Shown: in pieces, positions 35,441 through 44,224 of the stretch
Layout: every line of letters begins with the position of its first letter
Numbering within the stretch: the first letter of the stretch is position 1
Assembly (NCBI GenBank): GCA_036560145.1
Contig: DATBRV010000009.1
Span: 16,189-80,188, forward strand
Direction: 5' to 3'
Length of the DNA: 64,000 nucleotides
Source of the DNA: Myxococcota bacterium
GTDB lineage: Bacteria > Myxococcota_A > UBA9160 > SMWR01
Made by a program: the position numbers and the translations under genes
Notes under the pieces: generated by a model
What the model was told of the DNA's origin: nothing
Seen by the model: the letters and a program-made list of their open reading frames with translations, nothing else
Database searches by the model: none

Positions 35441-36376
35441 ATGCGCGCCGTGCTGACCCGGACCCTGGTGATCGTGAACCCCTTCAGCCGGGACGGCGCC
35501 ACCGGCCGCCGTTTCTCCGGGGTCGAGCGCCGGCTGCGCGAGGCGCTCGGCCCGCTCGAGGTCGAGCGGACCCGGGCTCCGCGGGACGCCGAACGGCTGG
35601 CGCGGGAAGCGGTGCGCGCGGGGGTGGAGCGGCTGATCGTCGCGGGCGGCGACGGGACCCTCTCGGAGGTCGCGTCCGGCCTGCTCGGCGCGGGGCTCGG
35701 CGCCTACGCGCGGATCGGTGTGCTGCCGTTCGGCACCGGCGGCGATTTCGTCAAGACGCTCGGCATCCCGCGCGATCTCGATCGCGCGATCGCGTGCATC
35801 GCCGAGGGCAAGGTGCGCAGGATCGACGCGAGCCGGGTGACCCTGCGCGGTGACGACGGCCGCCCGCGCGTCTACTACGGCGTCAACATCACGAGCCTCG
35901 GCATCAGCGCGCTGGTGGTGACGCTGGCGGAGCGCTCGCCGCGCTTCGTGGGAGGCAGCGGCGCCTTCCTGCTCGGGACGGTGCGCGCGATCCTGCGCCA
36001 CCGCAGCTACCCGGTGACGCTGAGCGTGGACGGAGAGGTCGTGCACGAGGGCCCGCTGATCCTCGCCACGGCCGGCAACGGCCGCTGGTTCGGCGGCGGC
36101 ATGCTGGTCTGCCCGCAGGCCTGGTGCGACGACGGCAAGCTCGACGTGGTGGTGGTCGCCGGCCTCTCGCGGGCCCAGCTGCTCGCGAAGCTCTACAGCA
36201 TCTACCGCGGCACCCATCTGAAGGACCCCGCGGTGCAGTCGTTCCGCGGCCGCGTGATCGAGGCGCTGGGGCCCGCGGCGGTGCGCCTCGAGATCGACGG
36301 CGAGCCGCTCGGTTCGCTGCCGGCCCGGATCGAGGTCCTCGAGGGCGCGCTCTCGATGCTCGCGCCCGCGCCGTGA
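35441..36376 (+). CDS. Diacylglycerol kinase family lipid kinase (YegS/BmrU-like)
   Basis: Translation from the ATG at 35441. Contains IVNPFSRDG, AGGDGTLSEV and GVLPFGTGGDF. Confidence 0.85.
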   Translation: MRAVLTRTLVIVNPFSRDGATGRRFSGVERRLREALGPLEVERTRAPRDAERLAREAVRAGVERLIVAGGDGTLSEVASGLLGAGLGAYARIGVLPFGTGGDFVKTLGIPRDLDRAIACIAEGKVRRIDASRVTLRGDDGRPRVYYGVNITSLGISALVVTLAERSPRFVGGSGAFLLGTVRAILRHRSYPVTLSVDGEVVHEGPLILATAGNGRWFGGGMLVCPQAWCDDGKLDVVVVAGLSRAQLLAKLYSIYRGTHLKDPAVQSFRGRVIEALGPAAVRLEIDGEPLGSLPARIEVLEGALSMLAPAP

Positions 36377-37332
36377 ACGTCTTCGCGAGGATCCGCGCGG
36401 CCTGCGCCGAGGTGGCCCGCCGCGCCCAGCAGGTGCGCATCGATCCGGAGCGCCTGCGCGCGTTCTGCGCGGAGCTGCTCGCCGAGTCCGGCCGGCCGGC
36501 CGGGCTGGATCCCGCGCATCACCTGCTCGGCCGCGGCGGCGACACGCTCGCCTACGTGATCACCCTCGACGCAATCAATTTTGGCTCGGGCTGGTTCCCC
36601 TACCTCGAGAAGCGACCCGGCCTCTCGGGCTACTTCACGGTCGCGAGCGCGCTGCGCGAGCGCTTCGAGGCGAAGGGGCCCTGGTCCGCCTCCGAGCTCG
36701 CGAGCCTGGACGCCGCCGAGCTGGCCCGGGTGCTCGGCCAGCCGCCGGGCTCCCCGGACCGGACCGAGTTGATGGAGCTCTTCGCGCGCGCGCTCCGCGA
36801 TCTGGGCCGCTTCCTCGAGGAGCGCCACGGGGGCCGCTTCGAGGGGGTGGTCGAGCGCGCCGGCGGCTCCTGCGCAGCGCTCGTGCAGGAGCTCACCGTG
36901 ATGCCGCTCTATCGCGACGTGGAGCGGTACGAGGAGCTCGAGGTCCCCTTATACAAGCGCGCCCAGCTGACGGCGGCGGACCTCGCCGCCGCCTTCGGCG
37001 GCGAAGGCCCCGGCCGCTTCCGCGATCTGGCCGAGCTCACGCTCTTCGCCGACAACCTGGTCCCCCACGTCCTGCGGCGCGAAGGCGTCCTTCGCTACGC
37101 GCCGTCGCTGGCGGAGCGCATCGACCGCGGCGAGGCGATCGAAGCCGGGGCGCCCGAGGAGGTGGAGCTGCGCGCGGCCTCGGTGCACGCGGTCGAGTGC
37201 TGCGTCGCCGAAGCCCGCCGCCTGGGAGAGGACCTGACCGCGCAGCAGCTCGACTACCGGCTCTGGACCCGCGGGCAGCGCCCCGAGTACAAGGCGCATC
37301 CGAGGCATCGCACCCGCACCTCCTTCTACTGA
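36373..37332 (+). CDS. Queuosine salvage family protein (DUF2419/Qng1-like)
   Basis: The GTG start overlaps the upstream TGA (GTGA). Contains LDAINFGSGWFP, LYKRAQLTAADL and LTLFADNLVPHVLR. Confidence 0.75.
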   Translation: MNVFARIRAACAEVARRAQQVRIDPERLRAFCAELLAESGRPAGLDPAHHLLGRGGDTLAYVITLDAINFGSGWFPYLEKRPGLSGYFTVASALRERFEAKGPWSASELASLDAAELARVLGQPPGSPDRTELMELFARALRDLGRFLEERHGGRFEGVVERAGGSCAALVQELTVMPLYRDVERYEELEVPLYKRAQLTAADLAAAFGGEGPGRFRDLAELTLFADNLVPHVLRREGVLRYAPSLAERIDRGEAIEAGAPEEVELRAASVHAVECCVAEARRLGEDLTAQQLDYRLWTRGQRPEYKAHPRHRTRTSFY

Positions 37333-37862
37333 TGGCCCGGAGCGCCCGCATGCTCGACTCGAGTCTCTGGATCGTTCTCGGGTTGTGCACGCTGCTCGCC
37401 CTGCTCGCCTACGCGCGCGGTGGGGCGCCCCTCGTGCAGCAGGGGTTCGAGGTCGGCGGGCGACAGATCCTTCGCTTCGCGCTCGTGATGGCGCTGTCCT
37501 TCCTGGCCGCCGGCTTCGCCGAGGTGCTGCTGCCGCAGGCCTGGATGCGCGAATCATTCGGCGAGAGCGCAGGGTTTCGCGGCATCCTGCTCGCTACCGG
37601 TCTGGGCGCGCTCACGCCGGCGGGTCCCTTCGTCGCGATGCCGATCGCGGCCGTGATGGTGCGCGCAGGAGCCTCCGTCGGTCCCGTGATCGCCTTCCTC
37701 ACCGCCTGGTCGCTGCTCGCTCTACACCGTTTCGTGGCGTGGGAGATCCCGATCCTGGGCTGGAGACTGGCCGCGCTGCGCTACGCGGTGAGCCTCGTGG
37801 TCCCGGTGCTCGTGGGGCTGGCGGCGCGCTGGCTGCGGGGGGTTGCGATCTCGGGGGGGTGA
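37332..37862 (+). CDS. Small integral membrane permease-like protein
   Basis: The ATG overlaps the upstream TGA. There are 4-5 hydrophobic helices. An alternative start lies at 37350. Confidence 0.55.
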   Translation: MARSARMLDSSLWIVLGLCTLLALLAYARGGAPLVQQGFEVGGRQILRFALVMALSFLAAGFAEVLLPQAWMRESFGESAGFRGILLATGLGALTPAGPFVAMPIAAVMVRAGASVGPVIAFLTAWSLLALHRFVAWEIPILGWRLAALRYAVSLVVPVLVGLAARWLRGVAISGG

Positions 37863-37987
37863 TGACGTGCGGCGCGCGCAGGGCGATCCGGCGCCTTCGA
37901 AGAGGGTTTTGAGGGAGGGAGCGCTGAGGCTTCCAACCAGGGCGAGGCCCGCTTCAGCAGGTCTGGGGACACTCCGATACCCGTTGC

Positions 37988-38437
37988 ATGCGCCTCACGC
38001 TTTATCTTGTTGCGTGCGCTTGTCTTTCGTGCTCGTCCGCGCCGGAGCAGCGTCTGCTTGGCGCGTGGCGATCGGACAGGGACTTGACGCTCGCCTCCAT
38101 CGAACAGGTCGACGACCTCTCGAGTGAAGAGCGGGCCTCACTTTACGAGCCGGGCTTCTTCGGGCAATTGATTCATGTTTGGGGGAGTCGCCAGGGCATC
38201 TCCATATTCGAGGGTGAATGCGGATCGCCTACTCCGTACACGATCAGCGACTCCACCTCCAACTCGATCACGGTCCAATACTACGACGAATTTTACGAAG
38301 CAGCTCAGTCGAGAGTCATCTACCTCGGACACAAGCAGATCGCTTTGCCGATCCTCGACGGGAGAGCTCGGGAGATTTTCGTCCGCGCTGACCTCGATGT
38401 GCTCAAGGCTCAGTTTCCCTGCTTGGCATCGTTCTGA
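37988..38437 (+). CDS. Hypothetical lipoprotein in a low-GC islet
   Basis: 149 aa with an LVAC lipobox near the N-terminus. Local GC is visibly lower (low 50s percent by eye) than the flanks. I recognise no family. Confidence 0.55.
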   Translation: MRLTLYLVACACLSCSSAPEQRLLGAWRSDRDLTLASIEQVDDLSSEERASLYEPGFFGQLIHVWGSRQGISIFEGECGSPTPYTISDSTSNSITVQYYDEFYEAAQSRVIYLGHKQIALPILDGRAREIFVRADLDVLKAQFPCLASF

Positions 38438-38573
38438 TTGCTCTCAGCGGCAGCCGCCTGGCACGGCGCTGCAGCTGACACTGATCAGATCGCTTCGAAC
38501 ATCGCGACAATCAAGATCGCTCGCTCGGATCGCGTGACCGGATCTGACACAACGCTGTGCGAATATCGCGAAC

Positions 38574-39281
38574 ATGGCGTTGCGATCTCGACAGCTGCAA
38601 TTGAAACTCGAGGCGCGGTCGCGGTGGGGTGGTGCGCGGGCCGGTGCGGGGCGGAAGCCGGGACCGCTTAGACGCGATCCGCACCGACGGAGAGCGCCGC
38701 TCGTTTCGCGGCATCCATGTCACGTCACGTTCAAGGTCGGCAAGGACGTTCCCCCGCTGCGGACTGCGAAGCTGGTGGCCGAGCTGGAGCAGAGCTGGCG
38801 CAAGGTGAGTGAGCGCGAGCGATTTCGGCTCGTTCACAACTCCGTGCAGAACGATCACGTGCACATGATCGTCGAGGCGAGCAGCGCACGCGATCTCGCG
38901 TGCGGGCTCAAGGCGGTCGCCGCGCGCTTTGCGCGCGGCGTGAACCGGGTCTTTTGCCGCGCCGGCCGCGTTCTCGCCGATCGCTGCCACGTTCACGTGC
39001 TGCGGACGCCGCGCGAGGTGCGGAATGCGATCGCCTATGTGCTCTTGAATGCGCGTCGCCACCTGGCCAAACAGGGCCGCCGACCGCCTGCGATCGCGCG
39101 GGTCGATCCGGCATCGTCGGGGCGGTGGTTCTCAGGCTGGCGATTGGGCGCGGCTACCGCCCACGATCCACCGTCGGTCGCAGCGCCTCGGACCTGGCTG
39201 CTCAGCGTCGGCTGGCGAATGCGGGGGCTGATCGACTCCAGCGAGGTTCCCGGCCGCGGTCCGGTTGCGCGCCTCCGCTGA
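38574..39281 (+). CDS. IS200/IS605-type Y1 (HUH) transposase, RAYT-like, stand-alone
   Basis: Contains WGGARAGAGRKPG, the HUH motif NDHVHMIVE and the catalytic Tyr region NAIAYVLLNARRH. There is no tnpB and no recognisable element ends. Confidence 0.8.
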   Translation: MALRSRQLQLKLEARSRWGGARAGAGRKPGPLRRDPHRRRAPLVSRHPCHVTFKVGKDVPPLRTAKLVAELEQSWRKVSERERFRLVHNSVQNDHVHMIVEASSARDLACGLKAVAARFARGVNRVFCRAGRVLADRCHVHVLRTPREVRNAIAYVLLNARRHLAKQGRRPPAIARVDPASSGRWFSGWRLGAATAHDPPSVAAPRTWLLSVGWRMRGLIDSSEVPGRGPVARLR

Positions 39282-39290
39282 GCAACCCGC

Positions 39291-40607
39291 TCAGCGCGCC
39301 GCCGGCTTCGCCCCCCTCGCGTGCGAGAGCTTCACCAGCGCCTCGGCGATCGACGCCGACGAATCGCGCGAGAGGTTCGGCGTGCGCAGGCCGTCGCGGG
39401 TCGCGGCGCGCAGGACGTCGTCGTCGAGATCCTGCGGGAGCGCGACCAGCAGCGCGGCGATCCGCTCGCCGATCCGGAGCAGCGCGGGGCGGAGCTGCTT
39501 CTCGAGATCCGGGACGGGCTCCTCCACCGCGAAGCCGGAGTCGCGCAGGATCTGCCACTGGACCTGCTTGGCGGCCTCCACCTGCGCCGCGAAGACCGCG
39601 CGCACGGCGTCCTCCGGGGGCGGCTCGACCTTCGCCTGTGTCGCGGCGGCGCGGGTGGCGGCGACGGCCGCGTCCAGCACCTCCGCCTCGCGCTCGGGCG
39701 CCTCGATCGGAAGCCCGGCCCGTCGCTTCGCCACCCCGACCCACGGCATCAGCGAGAGGCGCTCGTCGATCGCGGCCAGCAGCGAGCCCAGGGGAGTCGC
39801 GACGGGCGCCCCCGCCGCGCCGAGCTGGGCCTCGCGCAGCTTCTCGAGGCTTCCGTCGCGCTCGCGCTCGAGCAGCCAGGCGTCCAGGTCGGCGGCGAGG
39901 TCGGGGCGATCGGCGCGCACGAGGTAGGCCTTGCGGTCGCGGGTGAAGGGCGCCGACTCGCCGAGCTCTTCGGCCTCGTCGGATCCGCGCCGCCAGCGCG
40001 GAGCCTCCAGGGTGTCCGTCACCGCGGCGTCGAGGCTGCCGGCGAGCAGCGCCTCGCGCACCGCCTGGTTGTCGGGGATCGCGAGCAGCGTGGCGTGCGG
40101 GAAGCGCTGCCGGGCCACCCGCTCGAGATGGCCGCCGGCGTTCACGCCGATCCGCAGCTCGGGGTGGTCCAGCTCCTCCGGCGCGCGCCAGCGCTGGGGC
40201 TCCCGCAGCAGCAGCACCGCGCCGGTCTCCACCACCGGAACGCTGAAGCGCCCCGCGACCGAGCGCTGCGGCGCCACCGTGACGCCGCTCATGGCGACGT
40301 CGAAGCGCCCCGCCGCGAGGTCCTGCACCAGCTCCGGCCAGCGGAAGCGGACCAGCTCGATCTCGAGACCACGCTCCTTCGCGTAGGTCCGGGCCAGCGT
40401 GACGTCGAAGCCGGTCGGCGTGCCGCCCTCCTCGGCCAGGCTGAAGGGGGCGTAGTCTCCGCTGGTCCCGACCCGCAGGCGCCGGGCACCGGGCTCCTTG
40501 CCGCCGGCGCCCACGGTCAGCAGCAGGGCCGCGAGCGCCGTGGCGAGCGCCCGCCACCCCCGGGCGGGCGACCCCCGAGGCTTCCGGGCGGGCCGGGGCG
40601 GCGGCAT
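39291..40607 (-). CDS. Exported fusion: cyclohexadienyl dehydratase-like SBP domain + AroQ-type chorismate mutase domain
   Basis: A signal peptide is followed by the PheC-like LRVGTSGDYAPFS...RFDVAMSGVTV. The C-terminal 160 or so aa are CM-like: LLAAIDERLSLMPWVGVAKRRAGLPIEAPEREAEVL...QVEAAKQVQ. Confidence 0.75.
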   Translation of the reverse strand: MPPPRPARKPRGSPARGWRALATALAALLLTVGAGGKEPGARRLRVGTSGDYAPFSLAEEGGTPTGFDVTLARTYAKERGLEIELVRFRWPELVQDLAAGRFDVAMSGVTVAPQRSVAGRFSVPVVETGAVLLLREPQRWRAPEELDHPELRIGVNAGGHLERVARQRFPHATLLAIPDNQAVREALLAGSLDAAVTDTLEAPRWRRGSDEAEELGESAPFTRDRKAYLVRADRPDLAADLDAWLLERERDGSLEKLREAQLGAAGAPVATPLGSLLAAIDERLSLMPWVGVAKRRAGLPIEAPEREAEVLDAAVAATRAAATQAKVEPPPEDAVRAVFAAQVEAAKQVQWQILRDSGFAVEEPVPDLEKQLRPALLRIGERIAALLVALPQDLDDDVLRAATRDGLRTPNLSRDSSASIAEALVKLSHARGAKPAAR

Positions 40608-40848
40608 GCGTTCTCCTCTCGGGGGCGATGGCGCAGCGTAGCCGAGCGGGGCGCCGGGCGGCGCCGTTTGACCGGGCTGGCGGGATCGTCTAAGTTATCG
40701 GCTTCCCAGCGTTTCTGGCCGCCGCCCTCGCGAGAGCGATCCCCCGAAGCATCCGGCGGCTCCGAGCGGAGCCCTCGTACGGGCGGACGCGGCGCCGGGA
40801 AGTCGCTGCCAGGCCCCGCCGCCTCGGCGGCGCTGCGAGGTCGCTGTC

Positions 40849-41316
40849 ATGCTCGAAATGGAAGACGTCGAAGCGGGTGCCCACGTCACCCATCGCAACA
40901 CCGGATTGCGTTACGCCGTCGTCGACAAGGGCGAGGAGGAGGTGCTCCTCTCGCCGGAGTCCACGGATCTCCAGGACCTGGTGGTTCCCACCCGGCTGTT
41001 CCGCGAGGAGTTCGTGCTCTCGGATCGCTACAGCACGGGCCGCGGCCGCGCGCGCGGCGGTCGCCCGCGACGCCCGCCGGTGGCGCGCGCGCTCCCGAGC
41101 GGGCCGAAGGTGCAGGGCAAGATCAAGAAGCTGGTGCGCGAGCGGGGCTTCGGCTTCGTGCGCGGCGACGACGGCAAGGAGGTCTTCTTCCACCGTTCGG
41201 GCCTCGGCTCGACCGACTACGACGCCCTCTCCGAGGGCGACACGGTCGAGTACGTCGTGCAGGAGGGCCCGCGCGGGGCCCGCGCCGAGAACGTCCGCGC
41301 CATCAGCGAGGCGTAG
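40849..41316 (+). CDS. Cold-shock-domain protein with an N-terminal extension and an Arg/Gly-rich linker
   Basis: The C-terminus carries the CSD: GKIKKLVRERGFGFVRGDDGKEVFFHRSGL...GDTVEYVVQEGPRGARAENV. The N-terminal 60 or so aa are unassigned. The linker is GRGRARGGRPRRPP. Confidence 0.7.
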   Translation: MLEMEDVEAGAHVTHRNTGLRYAVVDKGEEEVLLSPESTDLQDLVVPTRLFREEFVLSDRYSTGRGRARGGRPRRPPVARALPSGPKVQGKIKKLVRERGFGFVRGDDGKEVFFHRSGLGSTDYDALSEGDTVEYVVQEGPRGARAENVRAISEA

Positions 41317-42972
41317 CTAGGGGATCCCGCCCCGGTAGCGCTGGGCGATCGGGAGACGGCGGCCCGGGCCGAAGGCCTTGGGCGAGGTGCGCAGCACCAG
41401 CGGCGCCTGCCGCCGCTTGTACTCGTTGCGATCGACGCGCGCCATCACGCGCCCGACCAGCGCCGCATCGGCGCCGGGCGGAAGCGCGATCCCCGAGGCT
41501 CCGCGCTGGCCCTCGATGATCTGTTCGAGGATCGGGTCGAGGATCTCGTAGGCGGGCAGGTCGTCGCTGTCCAGCTGCCCCGGCGCGAGCTCGGCGGAGG
41601 GCGCCTTCTCGAGGCTCCCGCGCGGGATGCGCTCGCCACGGGCGTTCGCGCGCCGCGCGAGCGCGTAGACGTCGCGCTTGTAGACGTCGCCCAGCACCGC
41701 GAGCCCGCCCACGGTGTCGCCGTAGAGCGTGCTGTAGCCGACCGAGAGCTCGCTCTTGTTCCCGGTCGCGAGCACCAGCCGCCCCTCGGCGTTCGAGACC
41801 GCCATCAGCAACGCGCCGCGGATGCGCGCCTGGATGTTCTGCTGCGTGAGGCCGTAGTCGTCGCGCGGCCCGAAGAGCGCGCGGAAGGCGTCGAGGTAGG
41901 CCTGGTAGATCGGCCGGATGTCGAGCCGCCGCACCTCGATCGCGAGATTGCGCCCCAGCGCGAGGGCGTCGCTCAGGCTGTGATCCGAGGAGAAGGGCCC
42001 GGGCATCGCGAGCCCCACCACGCGCTCCGCTCCGAGCGCCTCCACCGCGAGCCAGGCCGTCACGGCCGAATCGATGCCGCCGGAGAGGCCGATCACCGCG
42101 CCGGGCGGCAGGTCCAGCTTGCGGAAGTAGTCGCGGATGCCGAGCACCAGCCCGCTCTCGAGCTGGTCGACCCCGTCGGGGTCGACGACGGCCTCGGGCG
42201 CCAGCCCGGGTTCGGCCGCCTCGAGATCCACCACCGCGAAGCCCGGCTCGAAGTGCGGCAGCGCGGCGAGCACCCGCCCGCGCGCGTCCACCACGAAGGA
42301 GGCACCGTCGAAGATCAGCTCGTCGTTGCCGCCCACCTGGTTCACGAAGACGCAGGCGACGCGGTGACGCGCGGCGAGATCCGCGACCATGCGCCGCCGC
42401 TGCACGGCCTTGCCCACGTGCCAGGGCGACGCCGAGAGGTTCAGCACGACGCGCGCGCCCGCCCGCGCCAGCTCGCCCGCCGGGTCGATGGGATACCCCA
42501 GCTCGTGTACCCAGACGTCCTCGCAGACGGTCAAGCCGAGCGGCTCGCCGCCCGGGCGCAGCGAAGCGGTCTCGCGCTTGCCGGCGGGCTGGAACCAGCG
42601 CTTCTCGTCGAAGACGTCGTAGGTCGGAAGCAGCGTCTTGGCGCGCACCGCGCGGCGCTCGCCGCCGGCGAGCAGCACCGCGGCGTTGACCAGCCGCTGC
42701 GGCCCCGCGCCCTCCGCCGGGAGCACGGCGCCGAGCGCGATCGCCACCCTGGCGGAGGCCGGCGCGAGCAGATCCAGCTCGCGCAGCTGATCGCGCACGA
42801 AGCCCTCGCGTTCGAGCAGGTCCATCGGCGGGTAGCCGGTGAGGACCAGCTCCGGCAGGACCACCAGGTCCGCCTTCTCGCTGGCGGCCTTGGCGGCCGC
42901 CTCCTCGACGAGCCATCGGTTGCCGCGGAGGTCGCCGATGGTGGGGTTCACCTGGGCCAGCGCGACGCGCAT
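41317..42972 (-). CDS. nadE: Glutamine-dependent NAD+ synthetase
   Basis: The ORF was trimmed to MRVALAQVNPTIGD... It has an N-terminal nitrilase/CN-hydrolase domain and a C-terminal synthetase domain with GLSGGIDSAV. Confidence 0.9.
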   Translation of the reverse strand: MRVALAQVNPTIGDLRGNRWLVEEAAAKAASEKADLVVLPELVLTGYPPMDLLEREGFVRDQLRELDLLAPASARVAIALGAVLPAEGAGPQRLVNAAVLLAGGERRAVRAKTLLPTYDVFDEKRWFQPAGKRETASLRPGGEPLGLTVCEDVWVHELGYPIDPAGELARAGARVVLNLSASPWHVGKAVQRRRMVADLAARHRVACVFVNQVGGNDELIFDGASFVVDARGRVLAALPHFEPGFAVVDLEAAEPGLAPEAVVDPDGVDQLESGLVLGIRDYFRKLDLPPGAVIGLSGGIDSAVTAWLAVEALGAERVVGLAMPGPFSSDHSLSDALALGRNLAIEVRRLDIRPIYQAYLDAFRALFGPRDDYGLTQQNIQARIRGALLMAVSNAEGRLVLATGNKSELSVGYSTLYGDTVGGLAVLGDVYKRDVYALARRANARGERIPRGSLEKAPSAELAPGQLDSDDLPAYEILDPILEQIIEGQRGASGIALPPGADAALVGRVMARVDRNEYKRRQAPLVLRTSPKAFGPGRRLPIAQRYRGGIP

Positions 42973-43010
42973 CCCGCGCAGCATCGGGGCGACTCCTTGC
43001 TCCGTCAAGG

Positions 43011-43073
43011 CAGCCGCCCGCAAGCGGGCGAAGCCCGCGCGCAGCGAGCCGAAGGCGAGCGGAGTTCACTCAG
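43011..43073 (-). repeat. Dispersed intergenic repeat, single copy with a hairpin module, inverted orientation
   Basis: ...CGCCCGCAAGCGGGCG...GCGCGCAGCGAGCCGAAGGCGAGCGGAGTTCACTCAG. Its terminal TCA supplies the MaoC stop codon. Confidence 0.8.
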
Positions 43074-43540
43074 ACCGGGTAGTAGACGTAGGTGACGTTC
43101 GCGATCAGGGCGGGCCGCGAGCCGCCCTCGACTTCGACGCGGACCGTGAAGGTGACGCGCAGCGCGCTGGGGGGAACCTCGCGCGCGTCCTTGATCTCCG
43201 CGTGCAGGCGCACGCGCGATCCCGACGGCACGGGCGCCGAGAAGCGCAGCTTGTCGACGCCGGTGTTGACCGCCGTCCCGACGCCGAGGACCACGAGCAG
43301 CCGCGAGAGCAGCTCGGGGATCAGCGCGAGCGTGAGGTAGCCGTGGGCGATGGTCTGCTTCCAGGGCGCCTCGCGGCGGGCGCGTTCGACGTCGACGTGG
43401 ATCCACTGGCGGTCCTCCGTCGCATCTGCGAAGCGGTCGATCCTTGCTTGGTCGACCGTCACCCAATCGCTGACACCCAGTGGTGTCGAAACCCAGTATT
43501 TCATCGCCGCGAGGCCGGGGATGACGACGGGCAGGTCCAT
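43070..43540 (-). CDS. MaoC-like (R)-specific enoyl-CoA hydratase/dehydratase
   Basis: The ORF was trimmed to MDLPVV..., with a GGAGG SD. Contains the hot-dog fold motif FADATEDRQWIHVD...IAHGYLT. Confidence 0.8.
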   Translation of the reverse strand: MDLPVVIPGLAAMKYWVSTPLGVSDWVTVDQARIDRFADATEDRQWIHVDVERARREAPWKQTIAHGYLTLALIPELLSRLLVVLGVGTAVNTGVDKLRFSAPVPSGSRVRLHAEIKDAREVPPSALRVTFTVRVEVEGGSRPALIANVTYVYYPV

Positions 43541-43577
43541 GGGCGCCTCCGAGGAGACGCTACGGCCCCGCGAGGGA

Positions 43578-44096
43578 TCATGCACGCTCGATGTCGAGGA
43601 TCTCGTGCCAGCGTTCGCTTTCGGTGCGATGCCGGATCAGGGCCGTGCGCTCGAAGCGCAGCGGGAAGCGCCCGCGGAAGCGGCGAACCAGGTAGGCGTC
43701 CCCCTCCACGACCACGTCTTCGACGTCGTGCACCGTCTCGACGCCGCGTTCCGTCCAGGCCAGGAAGCGCACGCGGGTGCGCGGGCGCAGCGTGAGCCGG
43801 ACCTCGGTCCCGACGGCGCGCAACAGCAGCTCCGCGGCGTGGTCTTCCCGACCCACCAGACCGAGCGGGTCGCGGGGAGCGGCGATTCGCGCCGCGCGCA
43901 GCAGCCGCAGCACCTTTCCGAGGCCCTGCACGGCGGGGACCGTGAGGGCCGGCCCCAGATCCGCCCAATCCTCGATGCGTCCCTCGTCCGGCCGCGGACG
44001 CATCGGCTCGAAGTGGAGCCAGACGCCGACGCCCGACTCGCGACGCCCGGCCGCCGCCTCGACGAAGCGCGAGTGGAGGCGGCGCGTCGTGGTCAT
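43578..44096 (-). CDS. Hypothetical protein
   Basis: 172-aa ORF. The C-terminal half looks protein-like but I recognise no family. The start is uncertain. Confidence 0.4.
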   Translation of the reverse strand: MTTTRRLHSRFVEAAAGRRESGVGVWLHFEPMRPRPDEGRIEDWADLGPALTVPAVQGLGKVLRLLRAARIAAPRDPLGLVGREDHAAELLLRAVGTEVRLTLRPRTRVRFLAWTERGVETVHDVEDVVVEGDAYLVRRFRGRFPLRFERTALIRHRTESERWHEILDIERA

Positions 44097-44180
44097 CCGG
44101 GTGCAGGATATCGCGACTCCGGATCCCGGGCGTCGCGCGCCAGCGTATAATGCGGCGGAGCGCCCCGCGGCGCGTCCGGT

Positions 44181-44218
44181 GAGCCAGGAGCGCTGAGCCA
44201 GGAGCGCTGAGCCAGGAG
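44181..44218 (+). repeat. 14-bp tandem repeat (GAGCCAGGAGCGCT x 2.7) in a 5' leader
   Basis: Read directly from the sequence. Each unit contains AGGAG. It lies between TATAAT (44146-44151) and the ATG at 44225. Confidence 0.8.
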
Positions 44219-44224
44219 GGATGG

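Noticed and set aside
38438-39290. A complete IS200/IS605 insertion sequence around the Y1 transposase.
   Set aside because: There is no tnpB/iscB-type second gene, no subterminal hairpins that I could find in the flanks, and no second copy in the window. Element boundaries cannot be supported, so only the CDS is reported.
44101-44160. A full sigma70 promoter assigned to the perfect TATAAT at 44146-44151.
   Set aside because: No acceptable -35 hexamer lies at 16-19 nt spacing and there is no TG extension. It is mentioned only as context for the tandem-repeat leader.
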